Source of the DNA: a bacterium
Lineage (GTDB): Bacteria; SAR324; XYD2-FULL-50-16; G965216635
Assembly: GCA_965216635.1 (NCBI GenBank)
Contig: OZ244188.1
Span: 896,001 to 960,000, forward strand
Length of the DNA: 64,000 nucleotides
Direction of reading: 5' to 3'
The translations under genes and the position numbers were made by a program. Numbering within the stretch: position 1 is the stretch's first letter; the number at the start of each line of letters is the position of its first letter. Positions 41,022 through 51,255 of this stretch are shown here, in pieces. The notes under the pieces are model-generated. The model was not told the origin of the DNA and did no database searches. It worked only from the letters and a program-made list of their open reading frames with translations.

Positions 41022-43379
41022 TTAGAGTTCTACATGTGTTTCGGTTTGTTGGTAACACTCCACTGTATCGCCTGCTTTAAAGTTTTTATAGCCTTGAATA
41101 TTTAAACCGCATTCGTTGCCTTCCTCTACTACTTTGGCATCGTTTTTAAAGTGTTTTAGGGATGTGAGTTTGTTTTGGTGAATGACTACATTATCACGAA
41201 TAATTTTTAATATAGAATCTTTGATAATTTTTCCGCTCTCTACTTGACAACCTGCAATTTGCCCTACTTTTTTTACATAAAATGTTTCCAATACTTTGGC
41301 TTGACCCTGTAGAGTTTCTTCAACAATGGGGGTCAGCATTCCAGAAAGCATTGCTCTGACACTATCTAGTAATTCGTAAATCACATCAAAGGTTTGGATA
41401 AGAACTTTTTCGCTATCGGCTAACTTTTTAGCTACATTTTCTGCTCGGACATTGAAACCTACAATAGTAGCTTTTGTAGTAACAGCTAGGTTGACATCAG
41501 ATAGATTGATAGCTCCCACTCCTACAAGGATAATTTTTGTTTGCACTTGCTCGTTTTTTATTTTTTCTATTAAATGCCGAACTGCTTCAATAGAGCCATG
41601 CACATCTACTTTTAGTAACAAAATCAATTCTTTAACTCCTGTTTGGTTTTGGAAAAAATCTTCTTCGCTAGCTACAGTTTTTTTCATTATTCTTTGCTGT
41701 TCTTCAAAAATGATTTTTTCAGCTACTGTTTTTGCCAATTTTTCATCTATTACCTGAAAAGAAGTGCCAGCAGGAGCAATCTGGGATAGGCCCATCATTT
41801 CTACGGGTAGAGAAGGAGTGACTAGTTTTAGTTTTTGGTCGTTTTCATCGTTTAGGGTTCGGACTTTACCGTGATACTTGCCGACTAAAATATAATCTCC
41901 TATTTTTAAAGTACCACTTTGAACTAATAGGGAGACGAGGTTGCCTTTGTTTTTATCTACTTTAGATTCTATAACTACACCCTTGGCTGGGGAGTCAAAA
42001 TTTGTTTTTAGATTCATATTACTGGCGTGAAGCACAATTAATTCTAGTAACTCATTAATTCCTTCTTTGGTTTGGGAAGAAACAGGCAACATAGTTATTT
42101 TTCCTCCATATTCTTCAGCAATTAAATTATATTGCATCAAATCTTCCATAATTTTTTTAGGATTAAATTCGGGCTTGTCGCATTTCGTAATGGCTACGAT
42201 GATGGCAACTTTCGCAGCTTGAGCGTGTTGAATTGCTTCTATAGTTTGAGGTTTAATACCATCGTCTACAGCAACCACTAAAATTACTATATCAGTTATA
42301 TTAGAACCTCTAGCACGCATTGCACTAAAAGCTTCGTGCCCCGGTGTATCTAAAAAGGTAATATTACTGCCTGTTACTTCTACATTGTAAGCCCCTATGT
42401 GCTGAGTGATATTTCCTTTTTCCTTGACGGCTATATTGGAATTGCGAATACAATCTAAAAGCGAAGTTTTTCCGTGATCTACATGCCCCATAATGGTCAC
42501 CACAGGAGGACGGGTTTGTAAATTTTCTGTGCTACTTTTTTGTGTAAGTAAATCGGTTATAGATTTAGTTTTTTTAAGGACTAACTCTATTCCTAGCTCT
42601 TCGGCGATAAGTTGAGCAGCTTCTGGTTCTATTAAAGAATCTTTATCTTCCTTTTGATTGAGTTGTTTTAAAATTTTAGAAATATTTTTCACTTTTTTAC
42701 CTATAACACTGGCTAATTGCACAGCAGTTAAAGAGGAAGTAATAGTAATTTCTTTTTTACGCGGGTTGAAAATATGTTTTTCTTTTTTCTTTTGTTTGAA
42801 TTTCTTTTTTTTAAAAGAAGGAACGAAAGCAGGTTTTTTGCTAGGACTATCTTTAGTTTCTGTAAGTGTTTCTGTTTCGTCTTTTTCTGGGATGCTTTCT
42901 AATTCGGATTCTTCTGCGATAATATCTAAATAATTTGCCTTATTGGAGAATTCGTCTTTTCCTAGTCTGTCTTTTTTTTGTTTATCTTTTTTTATAGGGA
43001 TAGCATCGTCTTCAAAATTTTCTTCTTTAGTTGCAGTTTTCTTGTTTAAAAAATGAGGCGTTGAAGGAGTGGTTTTTTGAGGAGGTTTTTCTGTAGTTGT
43101 TTTTTTATCGGGTTCTTTAAATTCAGGTTGTTCTAAGTCTGGAGAAACTTCTTTTGGCTTTATGGGTTTTGGGGGGTTTTTATCGGCTTTTTTTCGTAAT
43201 GTGGCTTTTGGGGGAGTATTTTTGCGGTATTCTCGGACAGCCACCTCCATAGTCATCTCTTCAGATAAATTAATAGTAGTAGCGGAGGAAAGATTTTCCT
43301 TTCTTAAGACTTTTTCTGCCAGTTTGATTAGCTCTGGAATCTTAATATGAAGTTTTTTAGCTAATTCTTGAATATCCAT
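41022..43379 (-). CDS. infB: Translation initiation factor IF-2
   Basis: [37 protein letters not shown]. Confidence 0.97.
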   Translation of the reverse strand: MDIQELAKKLHIKIPELIKLAEKVLRKENLSSATTINLSEEMTMEVAVREYRKNTPPKATLRKKADKNPPKPIKPKEVSPDLEQPEFKEPDKKTTTEKPPQKTTPSTPHFLNKKTATKEENFEDDAIPIKKDKQKKDRLGKDEFSNKANYLDIIAEESELESIPEKDETETLTETKDSPSKKPAFVPSFKKKKFKQKKKEKHIFNPRKKEITITSSLTAVQLASVIGKKVKNISKILKQLNQKEDKDSLIEPEAAQLIAEELGIELVLKKTKSITDLLTQKSSTENLQTRPPVVTIMGHVDHGKTSLLDCIRNSNIAVKEKGNITQHIGAYNVEVTGSNITFLDTPGHEAFSAMRARGSNITDIVILVVAVDDGIKPQTIEAIQHAQAAKVAIIVAITKCDKPEFNPKKIMEDLMQYNLIAEEYGGKITMLPVSSQTKEGINELLELIVLHASNMNLKTNFDSPAKGVVIESKVDKNKGNLVSLLVQSGTLKIGDYILVGKYHGKVRTLNDENDQKLKLVTPSLPVEMMGLSQIAPAGTSFQVIDEKLAKTVAEKIIFEEQQRIMKKTVASEEDFFQNQTGVKELILLLKVDVHGSIEAVRHLIEKIKNEQVQTKIILVGVGAINLSDVNLAVTTKATIVGFNVRAENVAKKLADSEKVLIQTFDVIYELLDSVRAMLSGMLTPIVEETLQGQAKVLETFYVKKVGQIAGCQVESGKIIKDSILKIIRDNVVIHQNKLTSLKHFKNDAKVVEEGNECGLNIQGYKNFKAGDTVECYQQTETHVEL

Positions 43380-43412
43380 TATTTGCTTTAAAAAATGTGA
43401 GATTACGGTTTA

Positions 43413-45242
43413 TTAAACTCCGCTTTTTATAGAAGAATCTTCTGTATGATTTTTTGGAGAGGTTTCTGCTACATCGGAGTGGGCTGTAACAGATTCTGTT
43501 TCATTGGAAGCAGATATCTCTTCTTTTGAAGTTTCTGCTACGTCTTTTGCTGTTTTGTCTTTTGCTGTTTCGTCTTTCTTAGGGATTGTTTCTGCTACTG
43601 TTTCTTCTGTTTCGTCTTTTTTAGGGATTGTTTCTGCTACTGTTTCTTCTGTTTCGTCTTTTTTAGGGATTGTTTCTGCTACTGTTTCTTCTGTTTCGTC
43701 TTTTTCGGGGATTGTTTCTGCTACCTCTTTTACTGTTTCGTCTTTTGCTGGGATTGTTTCTGCTACCTCTTTTGCTGTTTCGTCTTTTACTGTTTCGTCT
43801 TTTTTAGGGATTGTTTCTGTTTCGTCTTTTGCTGGGATTGTCTCTGCTGCTGTTTCGTCTTTTTTAGGGATTGTTTCTGCTACCTCTTTTACTGTTTCGT
43901 CTTTTTCGGGGATTGTTTCTGCTACCTCTTTTACTGTTTCGTCTTTTTCGGGGATTGTTTCTGCTACCTCTTTTACTGTTTCGTCTTTTGCTGTTTCGTC
44001 TTTTTTAGGGATTGTTTCTGTTTCTTCTTTTTTAAGGGTTATTTCTGCTACTTTTTTTTCTGTCACCTCTTTTGCTGTTTTGTCTTTTACTGTTTCGTCT
44101 TTTTTGGGGGTTGTTTCTGCTACTCCTTTTTGAGGATCATCTTTACTAAAAAGGCGCACTTCTGGAATATCTTCTGTGTCTTCCGATTCTTCTGACTTGG
44201 ATTTAGCGTCTTCTAATGTGCGGATATTTAATTCAAATTGAGTTAATTTCGAGGCTAATCTGACATTTTGCCCTCTTTTCCCAATGGCTAAAGCGAGATT
44301 TTGGTCGTCTATAAAAACATTAGCTGTATTATTTTCTGTATCTAGGTCTATATGATCTATTTCAGCGGGAACTAATGAATCCGTTATAAATTGTTTTAAA
44401 TCACTTGACCATTTAACGACATCAATTCTTTCTCCATTGAGTTCATTGACGACAGTTTGAATTCTCTCTCCTCCTCTTCCGACACAAGAACCTACAGGAT
44501 CTACATCAGGATTGTTAGTTTTTACTGCTATCTTTGCTCTTTTACCGGGATCTCTAGCCACGGCTAATACTTCTATTGTTTTATCATCAACTTCCGGAAT
44601 TTCTAGTTCAAGGAGTTTCATCAAAAAATCAGGATGAGTCCTTGAAAGTTTTAAAAATTTTTTCTTTGAATCCTTTTCGTCTATCTCTTTAAGCAAAGCC
44701 TTAACAGCATCACCTGATGACAACTTTTCAAAAGGTATTGCATCTCTGGGATCTAAAATAGCGCTTACATTTTTTTTGAGATGGATAACGCTACGGTTTT
44801 TATTAACCTGTCCAACTGTCCCATGAACAATTTTACCGATTTGACTAGTATATTTTTCTATAAGTAGAGAGTTTTCTAGCTCACTGATTTTTTGAAAAAA
44901 ACCTTGTCTCGCAGTCTGAGCGATGATATTGCTATAATCTGATTCTTCTATTTCATAGCTAATTTCATCGTCTAACTGGGCTTCTGGATCTATTTCTCTT
45001 GCTTGGCTCAGAGATATTTCGTTATTTTCATCAGTTATTTCTTTGGTGACAGTTTTGTAGTAATATAAACGTATATTATCTGAAATTTCATCAAATTGGG
45101 CTTCTATATTAGAATGCTGGGGATATTTTTTTTTTGCGGCATCTACAATAGTTTTTTCTATTGTTTGCACAATCAAATCTTTATCAATGTCTTTATCAAG
45201 ACTGATTTCGGATATTGCTGAAGTGAGTGAAAGATCTTTCAT
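43413..45242 (-). CDS. nusA: Transcription factor NusA with a long acidic repetitive C-terminal tail
   Basis: LSRTHPDF, ARDPGKRAKIAV, DPVGSCVG, ALAIGKRGQNVRLASKLT. Confidence 0.95.
   Translation of the reverse strand: MKDLSLTSAISEISLDKDIDKDLIVQTIEKTIVDAAKKKYPQHSNIEAQFDEISDNIRLYYYKTVTKEITDENNEISLSQAREIDPEAQLDDEISYEIEESDYSNIIAQTARQGFFQKISELENSLLIEKYTSQIGKIVHGTVGQVNKNRSVIHLKKNVSAILDPRDAIPFEKLSSGDAVKALLKEIDEKDSKKKFLKLSRTHPDFLMKLLELEIPEVDDKTIEVLAVARDPGKRAKIAVKTNNPDVDPVGSCVGRGGERIQTVVNELNGERIDVVKWSSDLKQFITDSLVPAEIDHIDLDTENNTANVFIDDQNLALAIGKRGQNVRLASKLTQFELNIRTLEDAKSKSEESEDTEDIPEVRLFSKDDPQKGVAETTPKKDETVKDKTAKEVTEKKVAEITLKKEETETIPKKDETAKDETVKEVAETIPEKDETVKEVAETIPEKDETVKEVAETIPKKDETAAETIPAKDETETIPKKDETVKDETAKEVAETIPAKDETVKEVAETIPEKDETEETVAETIPKKDETEETVAETIPKKDETEETVAETIPKKDETAKDKTAKDVAETSKEEISASNETESVTAHSDVAETSPKNHTEDSSIKSGV
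43520..44123 (-). repeat. Modular coding tandem repeat in nusA (about 42-bp unit, ETIPKKDETVKEVA)
   Basis: Recurrent gtttcgtctttttt / agggattgtttctgctac modules. Confidence 0.95.
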
Positions 45243-45329
45243 GATTATTTTACAAAAACTTTGTTTAATTTAAAGAATATCTTCTATAAAAATCCATTGT
45301 AATATTAAAAAAATTAAAAAGCAAGTTTT

Positions 45330-46181
45330 TTAATCTACTTGAGAAGTAAAGATTTTTTGTAGTAGTTTTAGATTGATTTCGTGAGATGATTTATGTCCAT
45401 AATAGCTCCCTATTATATGAAATTCGCTCAAGTAGAGATCTCCTATAGCATCTAAAATTTTGTGCTTTACAAATTCATCGTTGAACCGTAGATTTTCTTT
45501 GTTGAGCATTCCTCCATTTTTTGCTAATACTATTGCATTTTTGTGATTAGCACCCTTAATTAATCCCGCTGCTCTCAATTCTACTATGTTTTTTTCAAAT
45601 CCAAAAGTGCGACTAGGGGCAATTTTTTTTTCATAAGTATCTTCGGTGAGAGTAAACGAAAAAAATTGTTTTTTAATCAGTGGGTGAGCAAATTCTATGA
45701 AAAAACGAAAATTTTGCTCTTTAGATGGCGAAAAACTAGCATAATTTTTTTCATCTCCTACTTTAATAACAGAGGTAGGAGTGAAAATTTTTCTTGTTTT
45801 TTGCAGAGTTTTTGTTTTACATTTTTTTAAAAAATGAACCCAATCTAAAGCACTGCCATCTAAAATAGGTAATTCTGCAGAGTTGATTTCAATACGTAAG
45901 CTATCTATTTTTAAGGCATTGAGTGCCGACATAAAGTGCTCTAATGTTTTGATTTCTATGCCTTCTTTTTCTAGACAAGTAGAGAGTAGACTCTGTTTGT
46001 AGTACTGCCAAGAAGCAGGGACTTCTCGGTTGTCTAAATCTGTGCGGCAGAAAACAATTTTTCCACTATCACAGGGCAAAACGCGCAACAAGCATAATTG
46101 ACCTGAATGCAACCCTATACCTTGAATTTTGTTCTCGCATTCAATAGTTGTTTGGAATGTTTCTACTAATTGCGAGTCCAT
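45330..46181 (-). CDS. lpxC: UDP-3-O-acyl-N-acetylglucosamine deacetylase
   Basis: GIGLHSG, TLEHFMSAL, ELPILDGSA, IAPSRTFGF, HKILDAIGDL. Confidence 0.95.
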   Translation of the reverse strand: MDSQLVETFQTTIECENKIQGIGLHSGQLCLLRVLPCDSGKIVFCRTDLDNREVPASWQYYKQSLLSTCLEKEGIEIKTLEHFMSALNALKIDSLRIEINSAELPILDGSALDWVHFLKKCKTKTLQKTRKIFTPTSVIKVGDEKNYASFSPSKEQNFRFFIEFAHPLIKKQFFSFTLTEDTYEKKIAPSRTFGFEKNIVELRAAGLIKGANHKNAIVLAKNGGMLNKENLRFNDEFVKHKILDAIGDLYLSEFHIIGSYYGHKSSHEINLKLLQKIFTSQVD

Positions 46182-47266
46182 CTAAAAAAATTCAAACCTT
46201 TTTTTATTTCAATAGTTTCTTTTAAGACATCAAATTTATGATAGTTTTTATCGTAAAAATCTATCTCAATCGGATATTCTCCTTCTTCTAATTTCAGATT
46301 CAAAAGATAGATAGAGTTGGGAAGATTTACCCAATGGCGTGTATCTGCTTTTGTTTTTGTGGAACTTGAGAGAATAGCTGCTCCTATTCCTATTATTAGA
46401 GCGGCAGCTAATGCATCGTCGTTGCTGGAATGAAAAGAAATTTCTTTTGCTATTTCTAAAGAAACATCAGAAACAACTTTTGTTGTATCCTTGAAAATAA
46501 CTTTATTTTTTGCAATGGCGTCTATAGGTCTACCTCCTCTACTAATAGCTTGCCAATAAACATCTCCAATAGGAAAAGTTACAATCTCTTTACTATTTGA
46601 TTCACTGTTTAAAATGCGAATTTTTAAAAAATAAATTTTATCTATACCTTTTTTGTAGCTTAAATATTCGCCTCTTTTTCCTACATTAATTTTACGAGGA
46701 GCATCCCCTGTTTCTATAACAAAAATACTATTTCCAAATTGAAATTTTTTTTTTAAGAAATTTTTTTTCAATTCTTTGAATTTTTTAAGATTAGCTTGGG
46801 AAAGTTGATTGCTATCTAAATGATGTTGCGCTAGAGCTTGTAAAAAATAGGCAGTGGCAAAATCAGCACGATACTGCTCTTCTTCTGCAAAAGCATCTTG
46901 CAGAATAGATTGCGCAAAAGAGGCTTGTGCGTTGCCGTAGTCTTTTTCCTTCAAAAAGAGTAGCCCTAGATAATAAAACAGCATACTCCTTTCGTGAGGC
47001 TCTCCTTTAAAAGATTTGATACCTTCTTCATACCAAAATTGACGCACTTTTTTACTTTCTTCTGGTTTATTCCATACCCGATTGATTTCTTGGGCAACAA
47101 ACAAAAAATTTTCTTTAGATTTTTGATATTCTTTTTTATCTAAAAAATATTTTCCTTCAATCATCTTGTTTAATAAAATTCTTTCTCCTTTTTGAGGATT
47201 ACTAGCAGCACAGGATAAAAAAGCAAGACTGCAAATAACTAGAGAATAGTTTTGTAGGTTTTTCAT
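46166..47266 (-). CDS. TPR-containing lipoprotein (COG3014-like)
   Basis: Lipobox AFLSC; FKGEPHERSML, TPR-like helices, ADTRHWVNLP. Confidence 0.7.
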   Translation of the reverse strand: MKNLQNYSLVICSLAFLSCAASNPQKGERILLNKMIEGKYFLDKKEYQKSKENFLFVAQEINRVWNKPEESKKVRQFWYEEGIKSFKGEPHERSMLFYYLGLLFLKEKDYGNAQASFAQSILQDAFAEEEQYRADFATAYFLQALAQHHLDSNQLSQANLKKFKELKKNFLKKKFQFGNSIFVIETGDAPRKINVGKRGEYLSYKKGIDKIYFLKIRILNSESNSKEIVTFPIGDVYWQAISRGGRPIDAIAKNKVIFKDTTKVVSDVSLEIAKEISFHSSNDDALAAALIIGIGAAILSSSTKTKADTRHWVNLPNSIYLLNLKLEEGEYPIEIDFYDKNYHKFDVLKETIEIKKGLNFFRWTRN

Positions 47267-47282
47267 ACAGAAATGAAATCTT

Positions 47283-47422
47283 TAGACTTTTGAATTTGCG
47301 TTCTGTTTAGCCTATGCAGCGTTAAAAAAAAATTTTAACTCTTGAAATACTTCAGTATTCCAGCGAGCTAAAAATTTTTTTTGCCTTGCCTAGCCGTCAC
47401 ATAACACAAATTCAAAGGTCTA
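47283..47422 (-). mobile_element. MITE-like element, minimal 140-bp copy in reverse orientation
   Basis: tagacttttgaatttgcg..cacaaattcaaaggtcta. Confidence 0.85.
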
Positions 47423-47437
47423 ATCTTTTTATTTGAA

Positions 47438-48019
47438 TCAACGATAGATGGAATCATCAGCTCCGATTTTTTTAAAATCATAGATACTAGCCCAAACTAG
47501 AGAACCTGTTTTAAGATCTAAAAATTCTATAGCAAATTGGAAATAGTTTGATTTCACACCTGTTTCATTGGACACTTTACTAATAGAAGAAATCCTAGCT
47601 ACTACTCTGTAGTCTGCTTCTATAAGATCTATATCTTTGCCTGATGTTTCTGCTTCTTTGATTAAAACTTTAAGATTAGCACGGGTGACAAAATTAATTT
47701 TACCTTTGGTTTTTTGCAATAAATTCACTCTCATCTTATCTGCAAGCAGATTGGTGTTAATAATTTGTGAAGATTCGTTGATAAAATATTCTCCCTCCAA
47801 AATAACAACGGGTGATTTTTTACTTTGTATGTAAAAATCGGATGAGAGTAAATCGGAAACCATTTTTTGAGAAATTTGCTCTATATTGTTAGATTCTACG
47901 CCTAAACCTGAAAAATAAGTTGCTTCGTTCGTGGATACTTCTCTAACTGCTAGGGCGTTAGGCTGCTGCGTGCAGGAAAAAAACAGAGGAAATAAAAGAA
48001 TGGCAAAGTAAATTTTCAC
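47438..48019 (-). CDS. LpoB-like lipoprotein
   Basis: GTG at 48019 gives VKIYFAILLFPLFFSC lipobox; FINESSQIINT, LDLKTGSLVW. Confidence 0.7.
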   Translation of the reverse strand: MKIYFAILLFPLFFSCTQQPNALAVREVSTNEATYFSGLGVESNNIEQISQKMVSDLLSSDFYIQSKKSPVVILEGEYFINESSQIINTNLLADKMRVNLLQKTKGKINFVTRANLKVLIKEAETSGKDIDLIEADYRVVARISSISKVSNETGVKSNYFQFAIEFLDLKTGSLVWASIYDFKKIGADDSIYR

Positions 48020-48050
48020 ACAGCAGCCACCAATTTTGTTCAAGTAACTT

Positions 48051-51000
48051 TTATTTAGGCAAATCGTTGATTTCTTCATAATATTCTTCAAGATAAAATT
48101 TGTATTTTTTTTTATTACCCATTTCATAGTGTAATTTACCAAGTAGGTCGGCATAAGTAAAGACTTTTTTGTCTTTATCTTTGTTTTTTTGAGCAATCCT
48201 ATAATATTTTTCTAATAAATCCACAAAACCTTCATCTATTTTTTCTTTTTGTCTAAAAAGCAATTTATTTTGTAGTGCAACATTAAACAAAGTGGAAATT
48301 AACAGTTTGTAAGGGTAGTAGAGGCAATTTTCCTCAAAATTTATTTTTTCTAAAAATTTTTTTAACTCTACAATCCGTTGGAATTTACTACATAAAGTAA
48401 TATAGATAGCATAAATTTTGTAGTAACGGGTAATGTCTATTGTAGAGAGTTCTATTTTGCTGCACAAGACTGCTAAAGCTGTTTTTTCATCGCCTTGTTT
48501 ATAACACTGGTAAGCTTTGATGTAACTGTTTTCTAGCTCACACTTACCGTGCTTTTGCGATGCGCTATAGAAAGGAAAATGCTCTAGTAAAGATTTAAGA
48601 GTATTTGTGTCGTCTAATCCTATCAATAGAAAAGCAACATCACTGATATTTTGAAAAGAGCTAGTTTTTTCTTTTAAAAGTTCTATAACTGGAGCTAAAA
48701 AAACTCTCGCTTTTTGATGATTTTCTTTTATTAAAAAATAATTTGCTAAAATAAGATGATTATAAAAGAGAAGCTCCCACTCTTCTTTTATTTCTAAAAA
48801 TTCGTTTATTTCTTGTAATTTTACTACAGATTCAGAATTTTTTTGATAAAATAGGCTTTCTTGATAAAAACTACAAAGCCAAAGCAGAGTTCTTTTCTCA
48901 GAAAAATGGGCTATTTTTTCAAAAATTTTATAGTAAAAAATTTTTTTGCTATCCCATTTAAGAAAAGCAAAAATATCTTTTAGATACTGGTAGGAGATGT
49001 TTTTATCTTCTATTTCTAAAATATCGTCTAAATTAGAAAAAATATAATAAGAGAAAGTAGATTGATACATTTCAAAAGTTTCTTTTTTTGTAAAAAATTT
49101 TAGTAAAAAAGTTCTGGTATGTTGGAGCTTTTTTTGTTCAAAAAAAGCATATTTTGTGAGCAAGAAACAAAATCCAGATTCTAAAGATATTTGTTTTTGG
49201 TCTAAGCTTTTTTCTAATAAATGACAGTGGTAAAGTTTTTCTAAATAGCTATCTAAATCTTTTATACCTAAAAGATCTTCTAAAAACTTAACTGGTATAA
49301 AAGAAGTAAAAAGATAGCAAATCAATAAAATTTGTTGTGCTAAAGGAGATAGTTGCTGTGGTAAATTATCAATAATTTGTTTCCAAACCGATTCTTCTTG
49401 ACTAATATCTGAAGATTGCCCTAAAGATTGCCATAAATTTTTAGCGCTCAAATTTTTAGCCAAATAGACTAGTTTAACCAGACGGTAAGAAAGAGCGAGA
49501 GAATTGAGTTGTGCGTTGGAAGGTAAAGATTTTTGGATAGCTTTTCTAGTGGGGTAATCAAAAAAATTTAAAACTTCATCCCAATTTAAAGAGTTAAGAG
49601 CAAATATTCTGTTTAGCTTATACGGGGTTTCTCGGAAACTAGGTTCTTTCTTTTCGTGAACTACTATTATGATTTTAAATTCTTTTTTTTTTGATAGCCA
49701 TTTTATAAAAGAAGGAGAAAGATCTCCGGACAACAAAAAAATAAAGAGCAGATTTTTCATTTGTGGTTCTAATTTTTCTTCTAATCGGTAAATTGTATCC
49801 CAAATAGAAAAATTCATTTTTGTAGGGAATAGTAAATTTTTTGCTTGCTCAATATATTTTTCTAAAGAATTGTTTTTGTTACTGTTTTGGGTTTGGTTTG
49901 CCGAATATTTTAGATTGTCTCCCCTAATACTTATTTGAATATACTGGTAGTCTTGGTAGTATTCCATTGCAAAACGATGAAGATAATTACCTGCGTTTTG
50001 CAAAAGATCGTCTTGAATCCATAAAATATTTTCTGCCAGATTATTCTTGCTACCAGAAAACAAGTTCACGATTTTTTCTTTTAAGTTTAGTAGTGTTTGA
50101 GTATTTCCATAAAACTTTCTTAAATACCAAAATTTCTGCCTAGAAAAATATTTTTTGTTCATTAGACTATTTTGTTGATAATCTATGATGGCATTTGCTT
50201 TTTGAGGAGCAATAAATTTGTCATTTTCCCAAAATTGAATCCAGAGCCAATCCCAACTATAACTTAAAGTCTGGGACATTTGTTTTAGTGCGTGGAGATG
50301 AGAAGCAAAAATATTTTTTCCTTGAGCAATTTGCACAATCAAACAAGACATATAGGTGCGAATATTTTTTCTATGAATAGAGCCAGAAAAGTTGATGAGA
50401 GAAGGTATTCCCAAATCAAAAAATTTTTCTAGCAAAACGCAGTGGCTACCATCTTTTAAATCTTTAATTTGTTTGAAATTCACTACTAAAAGCTCTAACC
50501 CTTTTTCTATGGCATCTATAAAAGGAAAATCCAGTATATTTTTTTGAACTCTGTCTTCGTTTTTAGAGAAGAAAAGCATTTGAGTTATATCTAAAAATCC
50601 TTGTAGAAAAAGATAACGTGGATTGGTTTTGAAAATAAAACGAAAATTTTCTAAAGTTCCATTTAAAAAAATATTCCACTGAATATTTTCTTGTAGATTG
50701 AATTTATTTTCTATGAACCAGTCGTGTGGAGAATAATAAAACTCAAAAGAAGGAGTTTGATGGTTTGTTTCAAAATTTGGTGAGAGAAAATGATTGTGGG
50801 AGCTAAAGAATTGCCAATTCGCGATTTGTTTAGCTGATGGATAGCGCATCTTAGCTTTTCCTGAATGGATTCTTTTTACTCCGCCTTCTAAGGCTAACCA
50901 GTTGTTTCCGTTGTGTAGTAATTCCCAAGCTATGTTTTCCCAAAGTAGAAAATCAATTTTTAACTCTAGACTTTGGGAAATATCAAAAGCAATATTCAAT

Positions 51001-51236
51001 CGGGGAGGTAAAATGCAACAAAAAAGTGATTTACCATAGTTTTTTAATATTTGGAGGACTTCTTTTCTATCTTCGTTTTTACTCTTTACTTGCAAATAAG
51101 GGGAATCTTTAAGCCAAAAAAGAGTTTGGCGAGCAATCCTGTTTTGCGCATCACTGGGAGGTATAAAGTGAGTTTTTATACCCATTTTTGGTATTTCTAG
51201 CTGCTCCTCTGTGATTAAAATTTTTAAGCCCATCAA
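48051..51236 (-). CDS. Large hypothetical protein; degenerate CHAT-like N-terminus, wHTH-like middle, helical/TPR-like C-terminus
   Basis: 1061-aa ORF; IAWELLHNG..WL, LSPLAQQILL..LEKLYHCHLLE; no catalytic HG/AC motif or Walker A visible. Confidence 0.5.
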   Translation of the reverse strand: MMGLKILITEEQLEIPKMGIKTHFIPPSDAQNRIARQTLFWLKDSPYLQVKSKNEDRKEVLQILKNYGKSLFCCILPPRLNIAFDISQSLELKIDFLLWENIAWELLHNGNNWLALEGGVKRIHSGKAKMRYPSAKQIANWQFFSSHNHFLSPNFETNHQTPSFEFYYSPHDWFIENKFNLQENIQWNIFLNGTLENFRFIFKTNPRYLFLQGFLDITQMLFFSKNEDRVQKNILDFPFIDAIEKGLELLVVNFKQIKDLKDGSHCVLLEKFFDLGIPSLINFSGSIHRKNIRTYMSCLIVQIAQGKNIFASHLHALKQMSQTLSYSWDWLWIQFWENDKFIAPQKANAIIDYQQNSLMNKKYFSRQKFWYLRKFYGNTQTLLNLKEKIVNLFSGSKNNLAENILWIQDDLLQNAGNYLHRFAMEYYQDYQYIQISIRGDNLKYSANQTQNSNKNNSLEKYIEQAKNLLFPTKMNFSIWDTIYRLEEKLEPQMKNLLFIFLLSGDLSPSFIKWLSKKKEFKIIIVVHEKKEPSFRETPYKLNRIFALNSLNWDEVLNFFDYPTRKAIQKSLPSNAQLNSLALSYRLVKLVYLAKNLSAKNLWQSLGQSSDISQEESVWKQIIDNLPQQLSPLAQQILLICYLFTSFIPVKFLEDLLGIKDLDSYLEKLYHCHLLEKSLDQKQISLESGFCFLLTKYAFFEQKKLQHTRTFLLKFFTKKETFEMYQSTFSYYIFSNLDDILEIEDKNISYQYLKDIFAFLKWDSKKIFYYKIFEKIAHFSEKRTLLWLCSFYQESLFYQKNSESVVKLQEINEFLEIKEEWELLFYNHLILANYFLIKENHQKARVFLAPVIELLKEKTSSFQNISDVAFLLIGLDDTNTLKSLLEHFPFYSASQKHGKCELENSYIKAYQCYKQGDEKTALAVLCSKIELSTIDITRYYKIYAIYITLCSKFQRIVELKKFLEKINFEENCLYYPYKLLISTLFNVALQNKLLFRQKEKIDEGFVDLLEKYYRIAQKNKDKDKKVFTYADLLGKLHYEMGNKKKYKFYLEEYYEEINDLPK

Positions 51237-51255
51237 GACTTTTCAAAAAAAAAGG

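Noticed and set aside
43504..44133. 209-aa Ser/Val-rich ORF on the + strand
   Set aside because: Antisense shadow of the stop-free nusA tandem repeat
48020..48196. N-terminal extension of the lpoB-like ORF (similarly 6626-6682 of thrS, 24704-24805 of the GT2, 6319-6390 of hicB)
   Set aside because: Overlaps an upstream gene or promoter; the lipobox or paralog alignment indicates downstream starts
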